Assembly (NCBI RefSeq): GCF_006345805.1
Contig: NC_043014.1
Location: 37,200,001-37,264,000, forward strand
Length of the DNA stretch: 64,000 nt
Direction: 5' to 3'
Origin: Octopus sinensis
Lineage: Eukaryota
Shown here: in pieces, positions 50,190-63,115 of the stretch
Position numbering within the stretch: position 1 is the first letter of the stretch
How the letters are laid out: every line of letters starts with the position of its first letter
The notes under the pieces: model-generated
Databases searched by the model: none
The model's input: the letters and a program-made list of their open reading frames with translations, nothing else
Told to the model about the DNA's origin: nothing
Made by a program: the position numbers and the translations under genes

Positions 50190-51560
50190 GAAGTAGTAAA
50201 GTACAGTTAGAAAGGCACAGGAAAAATTTCTTTGGACTTTTCAAAAATTTAGGACTAAACATTATTATTGGTAAAGATTATCGTAGAGTGAATTTTCTTG
50301 ATGCAATCTTCTGTCTTGATACTGGATTATTGAACCATTTCATAAGCTGAATGATCATATTAAGTACATTAACGTAGCATCCAACCATCCACCCTCGATT
50401 ATATGGGGGCTAATTAAGAATATTTCTACAAGAATCTTTAGATTATCTGCTAACAGTAAAAATTTTCAAATCTCATGCATCTTATTATAATGATGCTCTA
50501 GCTAAGGCAGGGTACCATGATAAAATTCATTATATACAAGATACTGGCATAAGCTACATTGGTAATTCCTGCAACTGCGATGCACATCATATAACACCAC
50601 AACGTTACCATTTGAGAAACCACTCGGATAAAGAATACAGGCCAGAAAGAATTGGTCTTGTCAATGAACTCCCAAAGAAAACTCATAGACACATGCAACA
50701 CAGTAATTCAACTGCTTGTTCCAATCCTGTACAACACACTCAATCAAATAAATTTAACAACAGATATAGGATTAAGGATGTCCTCTGGTTCAACCCAATT
50801 TTTGGTTTGCATGTTTCAACCAGGATCGCTGGAAAATTTCTTGCTGCTTTGGACAAGTGTTTTCCTAAATCTAATTGGTATCATGCTATTTTTAATTGAT
50901 ACACTATGAAGGTATCCTATGCCAACTCTGCTAATTTAGCAAAATGCAGCAAAGGTTCAATAACCAACCTACTGGATCTAGTAAGTATTTGCATCTAAAT
51001 ACCAACCAAGGAGATGTAAACCACATTGATAATCATCAACTTCAACCAATTTGTAGTAGTAGAAATACTCATGGTACAGCTAGTACGATAACAACGCCGG
51101 TAAATGGAGTCGGGATTACCTTATATATAAATATGATAAATGCTCATGCAGAGATAAATCAAAATGTCCTTTGATGAATCTCTGTATGAGTACAAATCTT
51201 GTATATGAATGTACTTGCACACAAGGGGAGGGCCCTATGTTTACATTGGGCAAATGGCTGATTCATTTAAGAATCGTTATCATAACCATGTCACCAGCTT
51301 TAAGTCAATCAATAAGAGACATTCGACATCTTTGACAGATTTTATATGGTGATTGAAGGAGGGTAAAACAAAGTACAACATTAATTGCTCCATAGTTAGA
51401 CATGAAAAACTATACAGTATAATTTCCAGGAGATTCTGTCTCTGCTCTGAGGAATCCCTTCTATTCTGTGGACTAATGAGAAGATACTTAATAGAATTTC
51501 TGAACAACTATCGAGATGCCTACATGCATATAAATGTACTTTCACACAATGCAGTGACAA
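50190..51560 (+). mobile_element. Decayed Penelope-like element (RT thumb to GIY-YIG)
   Basis: VNFLDAIFCLDTG, YINVASNHP, WFNP, LVYEC...YIG...FKNRYHNH, FCLCSEE across frameshifts. Confidence 0.85.
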
Positions 51561-52312
51561 TGAATTTTGAGTAACTGTTAATTTAATGTAATTTAATTTA
51601 AGGTATGGTTGACTTAAGTTTACTTTTAACCTCCCCGTTCTTCTAAACACCTAGTAAATAACTAACTCGCTTTGTGATCAGGAGTGCAGCAAACCTCACG
51701 TGTGCATATGCTCACATTTTTGCTGATGCTTGTATGAGTGTGTGTACTCATGCCCTGTAACTTGCCTGAGGGCGTTTATATATCCATATCTGTTAACAGT
51801 TATTTTCAATACTTTTCTCGCTGGATTACGGGTTTGTTTCTCTTTTTGTCTCCTGCAATTTTATATATATATATATATATATTCAAAGTAAGCAACAAGA
51901 ATATCTTCAGTAATTTGGTAGGATCGTTTCACGCTACATCATTTTATTAAACATTGTGAGTGTTACATCAGTTTTAAAATGTTGAGCGATCATCAACCAT
52001 CCATAGAGGTTTTCCATCAATACATATGTTTATTTTCATGTCCATTGCTAATATTATGATGAGGGTAGATATACAGACAGACAGAGGGGTTTCATTGATT
52101 GTTAAGAACATGTTAATGTTGGAATTTATCTACTGACTGTAGATACTTCTTTTAATTATTTGGATCTGCTAGTGAGGAGGAAGGGATATATGGTTGAATG
52201 GAGACAAAGAGATTTTCTATTTATAGATATAGGAAGGGCTAAAATAAAAGTCAAAAGTTATTCATGTTGAAATTCAAAGGTAGTGGGATCATAGACTAAT
52301 AATGTCTTAGAG

Positions 52313-52513
52313 CAGTGGTTTTCAACCAGGGTTCCGCCAGTACAGTCCAGGGGTTCCGCCAGAAGTTACAAAACTGCTAAAATCAGCAGTAATTTTTAAT
52401 TCTCCTGTGCAGATATGTGTGCAGAAGACTATTAAATTATTGCACAGGGGTTCCTCGAGCCAGTGGAATATTTCCTTGGGGTTCTGCTCCAGCAAAAAGG
52501 TTGAAAAGCACTG
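52313..52513. mobile_element. hAT-type MITE with 8-bp TSD
   Basis: TIRs CAGTGGTTTTCAACC / GGTTGAAAAGCACTG; TSD TCTTAGAG on both sides. Confidence 0.9.
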
Positions 52514-53580
52514 TCTTAGAGAATACCTACTACTACTTATCAATCTAATGAAGTATCAAGAAAACTAGGCCAATACACCTTATACAATTAACTAGATAAT
52601 CTCAATAAACATTTGTAACTTATATAGTAATAGAAACTTCAGAAACTCCTTTACATTTGCATAAATATATATCTATATGCATTGCATTAATATATATAAT
52701 CATAATTGACTAGTAAGTGGTGATTATTTTAATAAGTTGGATTACAAGAGAATGCTAGAGAAAAAAAAAAAAAACTATTATTTGTTTTGTATATATATTA
52801 TGAGTAGGTATAATATTTAATAAGCGTGGACAAAGCCTTATTTATTATGTACATATATTAGGAAGTTCCTAATATAAAAAAAGAGAAAATTTAATTCTAA
52901 TTATGCAATGAAGTTTCCTATTAATCTATGCAAGTTGGATAAAAGCTAGTATGGTATATTCATTTTTATTTGGTTATAAAGCGTTATGATTTGAAAATTT
53001 AGGGGTGGTCAGAATATAATTATTTAAAATATCTAAACGTATAGGCTGCATGACGTATGCAACATGCTCCTAGTTCAGAACGATTATTTAACAAGTTTAC
53101 ATTACTCCTATGCTTTAAACTTTCATGTTTCCATAGAACAAAGTTCACAACCATCTCTGCTATTTTTATACAGCTGTACCTTTCTTATTATAAATTTCAT
53201 TGCAAATGAACTGACCTGTTTCACCATATTATCGTAATATAGTGAAACAGGTCAGTTCATCCAAAATTCTTAGAAAACTAAAAATATCTCCTTCGTTGTA
53301 CATATATATACTACCAAAATATGACCTTTTTGAACTTATAATTTTCTGTGTATATATATATAGATACAATACCAAATTCTTTATGAACTTTTTAATAATT
53401 TTTTCTGTAAAACGTACAATATTTTGTGACAACCAGTACCAAACACAACAAAGCTTTTACATGTTACTTTTGAAAATCTTTTTTCTAAAAAAGGGAAACC
53501 GGTCAAGTGAATAAACATCTTTCAAAATTGTATTTTCAAAACCTTCTTTCATAGATGTATATATATATATACATATATAT

Positions 53581-53660
<80 letters not shown>

Positions 53661-53669
53661 CATATATAT

Positions 53670-53736
<67 letters not shown>

Positions 53737-54371
53737 AAACTGAGAATGTGTGTCTGTCTGTGTGAATCTTTAAAACTTGAGAACTACACAACCAATTTCA
53801 TTCAAATATCACACATGCCTTACTTAGGGTCCATGTAGTGTCATGGGCAAAAAGAATTTTTATCTTCTTGCCTAGGGCGAGCCCACAGCAATATCATATC
53901 TTCTCCACATACACCTCACTCAATAAGAATTCCCTACTTGAATGGACCATAGTAAACACAAAACTTGACTTTAAAAGGATTTAGATAACCCTATCAGGTG
54001 GTGCTATTAAGTTAGACATGGCTTGGACCAATCTTTGGTCGAAACATATCTAAGTTTTATGTATATATATGTGTGCGTATATATGTATGTATATATACAT
54101 ATGTGTGTGCATATATATATGTGTATGTATGTATATATATGTGTGTGTGTATAAATGTATATATATACACACACATATATATATATATATATACCTACTG
54201 CATATGTGGTAAATTCTGTTTGTGGAGTTGTTAGCTAACTCCTCCTTCACTATTTTATTGATTTTGAGGAAACTTGACATATAAGTAGAACTCGTGTCTG
54301 GAAACCTCATGGCATACTCAGATTGTTGAAAAATCGATAATAGAGCCCCTGGAAGGGATCTTTATATATAT

Positions 54372-55101
54372 ATCTGATACATTTTATTTTAAAAACCAAG
54401 GGAAATACCCATTCACCCCTAGACGGGATCCTTGTATATAGCCAAGGGAAATAACCCATTCATTTTCCTAAATTATTGGGAAAAATGAAATCGAGTATGC
54501 TTATTTCTTAGTATTTGAACTGTTAGAGTTATTTTCGCAATTTATCCAGTACAACCCTTAAACTAGTAAATAGTATTTTCCTAAACAATAGATCCACTTA
54601 TTTCAGTTAGTGACTTATTCATGAATATCCCAACATTAAAGCCCCTGAGTGTAATATTCTCTGGGAATGCACAAATGCCCTTTTCAGAGTTATTTAATTT
54701 GAATTGTTATTATCTCATATCTGATTAGCCTGTTATTATGTAACATGCTTCACGATTTTAGTATACATACGTTATGAGTATTTCCTTCTATGTATACTCT
54801 ATACACTCTGGGAACACATGAAAGCCCTTTTTGGGGCTACTTTATTTGAATTCTTACTATTGGGTAACTAATTTCATGTTATTGCATAATGAATTCACAA
54901 TCTGGGTATTCATAACTTATTTGGAATTTCTAAAAACAACATCCTGTGTAAGACAGTTCGGTATTCTCTATAAATGCACAAAAAAATTGCTTTAAGGGCT
55001 ACATTCTTTGAATTGTTGTTATTAGATTAGCAAAACAATTATGAGAACGGAACCAAGGGATAAGCCCCGCTTTCCCAGGAATTACTGGGTACATCAACTA
55101 G
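54372..55101 (+). mobile_element. Possible non-autonomous Helitron with internal degenerate repeats
   Basis: 3' hairpin CCCAG-gaatta-CTGGG followed by CTAG|t; 5' boundary uncertain. Confidence 0.4.
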
Positions 55102-55162
55102 TGTATACATACATACATATATGTATATATATATATATATATATAATATATATATATATATA

Positions 55163-56791
55163 CAGTGGCGGCCAAAATGTTCAGAACGGCATTGTTTTCG
55201 TCAGAAAAGTAGATATAATTTTTTATCAAAGTTGTTTTATATTCTATAATTTTCACAGACAATAAGTACGATATTATTTGTTATTGCCTGAGATTTTGGT
55301 GTAATTTGAGAGGATAATACAAAAGTTATGGATGGTTTAGTGATTTACTGCAAAACCCATGGCAGCCAAAATGATCAGAACAGTTGCTTTTACTCCGTGG
55401 TTTAGTATATTTAACCAGCAAACTCTAATGTTTTGAATTTGTTTACGTGACGCTTCGTTTACTAAACATTAGTAAGAATATTTGCAATGTACTTTGTTAA
55501 TATAATGCCACTTACTCCGTTACCAATTCGTCAGCAGATTATTAAGCTTCGAAGGAAGGATAATTTAAGTATTGGATCTATTGCAAACCTTGTTAACAAG
55601 TCAAAAAGTGTTGTACACAGTATTCTTAAGGTCTACGATGATTCTGGTTCGTGTGAAGCAAGAAAGTTTACAGGTAGGCCAAGAAAAACGACCAAGAGAG
55701 AAGATCGTGCTATGGTAAAGTTGGTTAAAAAGGACAGATTTAAAACTACTGCTGCTGTTTCTCGGAAAATGAGCATTGTATTTAAGAAAACTTTATCTCG
55801 AAAAACTGTGTCTCGTCATTTAGTTGAACATGACCTACAAGCAAGAGCACCTGCAGTGAAGCCACTGATCAGCTCCAAGAATAAAAAGTGTTGTCTTACC
55901 TTTGCAACCGAACATGTGTTGTGGTCTCAAGAAAAATGGCAAACGGTGCATTTCAGTGATGAATCTAAGTTTATGTTATTTGGCTCAGATGGGAAAAGGT
56001 ACGTTCGTCGAAAAGTAGGTAAAAAATTGTCGCCTAAATGCCTTAAGACTAGTGTTAAATTCGGTGGAGGAAGTGTCATGGTTTGGGGGATGATATCTCG
56101 AGATGGTGTGGGCCCTTTTGTGTGATTACATGGAAATGTAAATGCAGGAGTTTATAAACAACTTGTAAAAGATCATGTCTTGCCTGTGCTGAGAAATTCA
56201 ACTAAGCGACCATCCATATTCATGCAGGACAATGCCCCATGTCACAAGGCTAAGGTGGTCATGAACTTCCTCAAGGCTGAAAAGGTTATTGTTATGGATT
56301 GGCCTGCTCAAAGCCCAGATCTCAATCCTATTGAAAATGTATGGAATATTCTAGGAGAACGTTCGAAAGCCAGAAATCCTAAAACAACTGAGCAATTATG
56401 GAATGCCCTTCAGGAAGAATGGAATGAGATCACCCAGCAAGAAATTGAAAATTTAATTTCCTCATGCAGTCGAAGATATCAGAGTGTGATTGAAGCTAAA
56501 GGGCTTCACACTAAATATTAAATAATTCTAGTATTCTCTGTCATTTTTTATTATTTTGTTATTTTTTCAACCGTTCTGATCATTTTGGCCGCCATGGGTT
56601 TTGCAGTAAATCACTAAATCATCCATAACTTTTGTATTATCCTCTCAAATTACACCAAAATCTCAGACAATAACAATTAATATTGTATTTATTGTCTATA
56701 AAAATTATAGAATATAAAACTACTTTGATAAAAACTTATACTTACTTTTCTGACGAAAACAATGCCGTTCTGAACATTTTGGCCGCAACAG
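55163..56791 (+). mobile_element. Full-length Tc1 transposon (DD34E, IR/DR-type ~220-bp TIRs)
   Basis: TA-CAGTGGCGGCC...GGCCGCAACAG-TA; outer/inner direct repeats gccaaaatg(t/a)tcagaac; transposase 55487-56521. Confidence 0.96.
55487..56521 (+). pseudogene. Tc1 transposase with one in-frame nonsense codon
   Basis: ORFs 55487..56125 and 56180..56521 share a frame; TGA at 56123-56125; FSDES / QDNA-34aa-E catalytic triad intact. Confidence 0.92.
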
Positions 56792-57112
56792 TATATATAA
56801 ATCTGTGGCTTAACTTCAGCTTTGATGAAAAGATAAAAGTTGTTATTTTGGATATTACAATTGAATTTGAGGATGTATACAATGATAACCATATTCTAAC
56901 TGTATGTTATATGTTTATATGCATGTATATTTGTATACATGTATATATGTATGAATATATATATATTTAGTCTTGTATCGTAATTTTCTGATATGTTAGA
57001 ATCTATTATATGTATGGTCTAGTGAAGATTACTATAAATATAATTATATTGTTACATTTATATATTTGTTGTGCAAGATTTTTTAAGTGAAATCGTGTGA
57101 TGAAACAGATAT

Positions 57113-57407
57113 TGTTGTATTTCAGAATGGGCATTTTGCCAGTTTAGCCAATAAAAACACATGCACAATATATTTGGTGTTACTTTGCTTCAGTGTTCTT
57201 TATTTTTTACATTGATCTTAATCTTATTTCGGCCAGAGTTCTTTCGTCACACTCCTGTGACCGCATCAGTGGTCCTTTGCTTTCTTCTTTCTTATTTGTG
57301 TGTCTCTCCTTACTAACCATCAGCCGTTTTGTATTTCTATATTTCAAATATATAGTGTGTGTGTTTTTATTGGCTAAACTGGCAAAATGGCCATTCCGAA
57401 ATACAAT
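57113..57407. mobile_element. Element with ~60-bp inverted ends enclosing a hammerhead-like motif on the minus strand
   Basis: Inverted arms ~57113-57177 / ~57344-57407; minus strand cca-CTGATGCG-GTCAC-aggagt-GTGAC-GAAAG-aa-CTC-tgg at ~57230-57275. Confidence 0.5.
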
Positions 57408-57437
57408 AATTATATTGTTATTATTGATAAACATAAT

Positions 57438-57537
57438 NNNNNNNNNNNNNNNNNNNNNNNNNNNNNNNNNNNNNNNNNNNNNNNNNNNNNNNNNNNNNNN
57501 NNNNNNNNNNNNNNNNNNNNNNNNNNNNNNNNNNNNN
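57438..57537. other. Assembly gap (100 N)
   Basis: Run of N. Confidence 0.99.
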
Positions 57538-58029
57538 ATTTTATCTGCCTCCCTTTGGGAGTTATACAAATCTACAATATAGGATTTCTTCAATTACAAT
57601 TTACCTTGCATTTTAAGAGTACAATGCATCGCGTCATGCCAGGTCCAGTTTTTAAAATTTAAAATCCAGTTAAGCAAAATTTACAGAAAACTCACATTCT
57701 GGTGTGTGTGTCAAATGCTTTTCTTAGTCTGGTTTACAGCACACGCAAACGCACACACACAGTGGGCAACGAATAAATGAAAGTAATTGACTTACTGTAG
57801 TGAGTGATTCTTTCACTCTGCCTCCCACTTCCTATTTCCACACAGGACACGCAAATATATAAATAAAATTGTAAGCTAACGTGCGTGTGTGTGAGTGGGT
57901 GTGTGTGGGTGTGCGCGCGTGTGTGTGTGTGTGTGAGGGTGTGTGTGTGTGGTGTGCGTGTGCGTGAGTGTGTGACAGGAAAGTTTTTTCGACGAATATA
58001 ACACCTATATCCAAGTAGCAGAAAGATAA

Positions 58030-58500
58030 GACAGTAAGGTGTGATTTGAGGGAGATTTGGCTGCTATTTCTACCATGTCTAGCTGCCATGTAGGGGTCTC
58101 CTCATAGGCTCATACATACACATATATACATAGATAGACTGTAAGGTGTGATTTGGGGGAAATTTGGCTGCTATTTCTACCAGGTCTAGCTGCCATGTAG
58201 GGGTCTCCCTCATAGGCTCATACATACATATTACATAGATAAGGCAGTAGTAAGTGTGATTTGGGGGAAATTTGGCTGCTATTTCTACCAGGTCTAGCTG
58301 CCATGTAGGGGTCTCCCTCATAGGCTCATACATACATATACATAGATAAGACAGTAAGGTGTGATTTGGGGGAAATTTGGCTGCTATTTCTACCAGGTCT
58401 AGCTACCATGTAGAGGTCCGCTCATTGGGATATATATATACATACATATGACAGTAAGGTGTGATTTGAGGGAGATTTGGCTGCTGTTTCTACCAGGTCT
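58030..58500 (+). repeat. Minisatellite, ~105-bp unit x4.5
   Basis: gacagtaaggtgtgatttg...gctgctatttctaccaggtctagctgccatgtagggg units at ~58030, 58137, 58245, 58350, 58450. Confidence 0.9.
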
Positions 58501-58868
58501 GTTAGGCCTTCTCATGTAAACTCAGCTTTCTCATGCCTTCAACATAAGACCAAAGCAGAGAATGTATTCTTTTATTCTTCTGCTTTTTCCAGCCATTGGT
58601 CTGTGGCCATGCTGGGGCAATGCCTTGAAGAATTGTAGTTTAATGAATAAACTCCAGTTTTATTTTTGTAAGCATTGTACTTATTCTATCTGTTTCCTTT
58701 GTCAAACCACTAGGTGACAGGGATGTAAACAAAACAACATTCGTTGTCAAGCAGTGGTGGAGGACAATCACAAGCACAGACACGCACCACACAACACACA
58801 CATACATGCATACCATATACACACATACATACATACATACATATATATAATATGTGTGTATATATATA

Positions 58869-59126
58869 TTGCAGCGTGGAAGGTGTTTGTAAGCCATTTA
58901 AGAAAACACACAAAAACCGTTACATTCACTTCAACATTTAAATTTAATTTGCCAAAATATTTTCGTCGCTTTCAGACCGCGACCTGTTCACTGACAAAAT
59001 ATCGTGCTAACAGGTCACAGTCTCAAAGCGACGAAAATATTTTCACAAATTAAATTTAAATGTTGAAGTGAATCTAACGGTTTTTGTGTGTTTCTTAAAT
59101 GGCTTATAAACACTTCAACGCTGCAA
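58869..59126. mobile_element. Foldback MITE with ~120-bp inverted arms
   Basis: ttgcagcgtggaaggtgttt...gacctgtt / aacaggtc...aaacacttcaacgctgcaa. Confidence 0.8.
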
Positions 59127-59287
59127 CTGTTTCGTTCCAGCACACGATCTCAGATCAAGTCACTTGCTATGCAAGTACATCTCTGTAACTATATATATTT
59201 ATATATATATATATATGTATATTGGTAAAAAAACAGTAAGATAACAAAAGAAAGAAAGAGACCTCAATATTATGTAAATAGAGGAAA

Positions 59288-59678
59288 TCTTTATATATAA
59301 AAGTGAGGTTGTGTGTCTGTCTCCTACGATTTAGATTCCTAACTACTCCCACATTTTGCGGTGCAGTTTAACCAAAACCGGGTATCTTATAGTCGTGATC
59401 ATATCGACACCGTCTGGGTATTAGCGCGCGTCTACGATGAGTCTACGATTTAAAAAAAAATTTACCATCAATTTTCCCATTTTTAATCCATTTTTGACAT
59501 ATATAAGGAGAGTACTCTCTTAAATTTATTATTAAATCTCAGAACGTAAAAAGCTACAGTAACACCCCTCCCCCTTTGTGGTTAGCCATATTGAGATGGC
59601 TATTATACTTTACATCTCTAAAAATGCTATATAATTATTTCCCTTACAAACCCGAGCAACGCCGGGCGATACTGCTAG
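59288..59678 (+). mobile_element. Non-autonomous Helitron (391 bp)
   Basis: a|TC start, hairpin CCCG-agcaacgc-CGGG, CTAG|t end, no TSD. Confidence 0.82.
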
Positions 59679-59785
59679 TATATATATACATACATACATA
59701 TATTATATATAAATATATTATTATATATATATATATATATATAATATATATATTATATATATATATATACATACATATATATACT

Positions 59786-60375
59786 CTTTTACTCTTTTAC
59801 TTGTTTCAGTCTTTTGACTGCGGCCATGCTGGAGCACCGCTTTAGTCGAGCAAATCGACCCCGGGACTTATTCTTTTTAAACCTAGTACTTATTCTATCG
59901 GCTCTTTTGCCGAACCGCTAAGTGAAGGGGACGTAAACACACCAGCATCGGTTGTCAAGCAATGCTAGGAGGACAAACACAGACACACACACACACACAC
60001 ACAGACATATATATATACATATATAAGACAGGCTTCTTTCAGTTTCCGTCTCCCAAATCCACTCACAAGGCAATGGTCGGCCCGGGCCTATAGCAGAAGA
60101 CACTTGCCCAAGATGCCACGCATATGTGCATATGTAGCTTGCTAACCAACCACATGGTTCTGGTTCAGTCCCACTGCGTGGCATCTTGGGCAAGTGTCTT
60201 CTGCTATAGCCCCGGGCCGACTAATGCCTTGTGAGTGGATTTGGTAGACGGAAACTGAAAGAAGCCTGTTGTATATATGTCTATATATATATGTATGTGT
60301 GTGTGTGTCTGTGTTTGTCCTCCTAGCATTGCTTGACAACCGATGCTGGTGTGTTTACGTCCCCGAAACTTAGCA
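59786..60375. mobile_element. Head-to-head pair of SINEs
   Basis: Minus copy 59786-60121 with full 3' tail; plus copy 60135-60375 truncated at both ends. Confidence 0.85.
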
Positions 60376-60377
60376 AC

Positions 60378-61462
60378 AGAGAGACTTTGTTGCATGCAAT
60401 CAAGCCTTATGCATAGCACTTACGGAAACACACCTGAAACCAGACATAGCAGATGCAGAAATACACATACCACAGTATGTTGTACTACGGACCGACAGAA
60501 AAGAAAGGAGTCATGGAGGAGTTGCTATGTACATCCGTGAGGACCTCACACCCCAGGTTCTTTTGTCATACTCAAATTCGGTGTGTGACACACTAATTGT
60601 ACATATAAGGCAACTTGGTGTAGTTATATGTGCTACATATCGCCCTCCAGATGCCACAAGCCATGTAGGCAAGTTTGAAGACTGCCTTATAAAAATACAA
60701 GAAGTTCTAGTCACATTAGAACAACACATAAGTGTACTTCTTATGGGAGACTTCAATCTACCCAATGTCAGATGGCCCGAGGGCCTTTCTCTCCCAGGAA
60801 TGACACGATCTGAACGAGGACAAGCGAAGTCCCTCCTGAACCTCATCAACACTCTGTACATGGAGCAAGTAATACCCCAACCAACCAGAGCAGGTAACAT
60901 ACTGGATCTCTGCTTCACAAATAATATGAATCTCATCCATAATGTGAAAGTGACACCGACACTACTCTCGGATCACAACATGGTAGAGCCGACCATGTAC
61001 AGGCCAAAGGAAAGCATGGACATGCAGCCTACAAGAAACTCTCAGAATCTTTCCAGCTTGAACTTCCATAAGGCAAACTGGAAACAAATTGAGAAAGAGA
61101 TCCTCAAACAAAACTGGCCTGAATATCTCTCCTCGTCAGACATCGACATGAAACTTCAACAATTCATGTCTGTAATGCAAGCCATATGCTACAAATGTGT
61201 CCCAGAGAGAAAGGCCACTGTACACAAGAACAAAATCCCCAGAGAGAGGAAAATTCTAATGAGACGGCGTACAAAAGTTTCAAATTGCCTAAACAAACAA
61301 ATTGAAAGCAGTGAAAAGTCCCGCCTGAAAATAAAACTGTTGGAAATTGAAAAATGTCTGCAACTCTCCCATGAAAAAGAAAGAGCAGACAAAGAAGCCT
61401 GGGCTATAGACAACATAAAATCTAACCCCAGAGCTTTCTACAGGTATGCCAAAGAAACAGCT
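60378..61462 (+). mobile_element. CR1/L2-group LINE ORF2 endonuclease fragment
   Basis: YRPP, MGDFNLP, PTRAGNILDL, SDHN in open frame 60527-~61462; same family as 13633-17517. Confidence 0.92.
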
Positions 61463-61693
61463 ATGAAAGCCATATGTATGGCTGTTTCTATATATGTATA
61501 TAATATACATATATATATATACAACTTATAAATAAGGGCAAACGAAAAATTTGACATTAGAAATTTTTCGTTTGCCCTTATTCATAAGTTGTTTATAATT
61601 TAACCTTTAATGGTATTTTTTAATATGCTGGCCATTGATAAAACTTTTTTTCGAAAAGTTTTTATCCTACATTAGATATATATATATATATTA

Positions 61694-61734
<41 letters not shown>

Positions 61735-61735
<1 letters not shown>

Positions 61736-62217
61736 TAGCAGTATCGCCCGGCGTTGCTCGGGTTTGTAAGGGAAATACCTATATAAGCATTTTAGAGAGT
61801 TACTCCTTATAGATGCCAATTCGGGCTTTCTTAGCCATTTTTGTTTTGGTGTCTTCAAGCCATGAAGTCGTTGTTCTAAAAGAACGCTGGTCTCCTTGAC
61901 AACGCTTTACGACGTTGATTTCCTTACACTCCCTTCCCCACAGCTTCATGAGGGAGGGAAGAAGGGGGAGAAGCAAACAGGTGCAGGTGTGACCATGGAC
62001 GCCAACTCCGCCGCCATCGACACACGAAAAATTATGCATTAAAATGGAATAAAAAATGATGTTAAATTATTTTTAAAATCGTAGACTCATCGTAGACGCG
62101 CGCTAATACTCAGACGGGCTTGATATGAATCACGACTATAAGATACCCGAATTTGGTTAAACTGCACCGCAAAATGTGGGACAGACACTCACACAACTAC
62201 AGTTTTATATATATAGA
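61735..62217 (-). mobile_element. Non-autonomous Helitron, same termini as 59288-59678 but different interior
   Basis: Shared 5' segment and identical 3' cccgagcaacgccgggcgatactgCTAG. Confidence 0.82.
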
Positions 62218-62497
<280 letters not shown>

Positions 62498-63019
62498 AAT
62501 TAGAAAAAAAACACCTTTTATCAATTCGATAACGAAAAAATTAAATTATACCATTTAGAAAAATTACATCTTAAGGAAAGATAAAACATATACCAAATAT
62601 ATAAATATAAGATAAAACATATACTAATGATTAAGTAATGTGCAAAATAATAAATAAAACGTATATATTTGGTTACACGTTTTTCGTGGCTATACTTAAG
62701 AAATGTTAATAGTAAAATCATTTCAATATAAATATAGTCACTCATCAGGTTAAAGATAAAAACAATAAAATAATTAATTAGATAAATTAATAAATATAGG
62801 TATATAATCTTGTAAAATACGAAATATCTTAAAAATATATTCTTGTGTTAAATAAAAAAAAAATAGAATAAAAGGTATATAATATTTATTATATCTAGAA
62901 AAATAAAATTTTAACATATATAAGAAAAGAAATAGCTATAATATATCGTATATTAGGAAATAAAATACAATTAATTAAAATATTTAAAACAAATAAATAA
63001 ATACACACACACACACATA

Positions 63020-63111
<92 letters not shown>

Positions 63112-63115
<4 letters not shown>

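Noticed and set aside
54020-54055. gacca-atctt-tggtc-GAAAC stem-loop resembling hammerhead stem II
   Set aside because: No CUGANGA core upstream.
54194-54350. Candidate upstream exon of the ankyrin gene (MRFPDTSSTYMSSFLK...)
   Set aside because: No recognisable domain, and available donors give phase 1 or 2 whereas the next exon needs phase 0; cannot be supported without transcripts.
58030-58500. Repeat array with variable linkers, superficially CRISPR-like (also 34160-34440 and 38641-38850)
   Set aside because: Eukaryotic context, long units, linkers are microsatellite rather than unique spacers, no cas genes.
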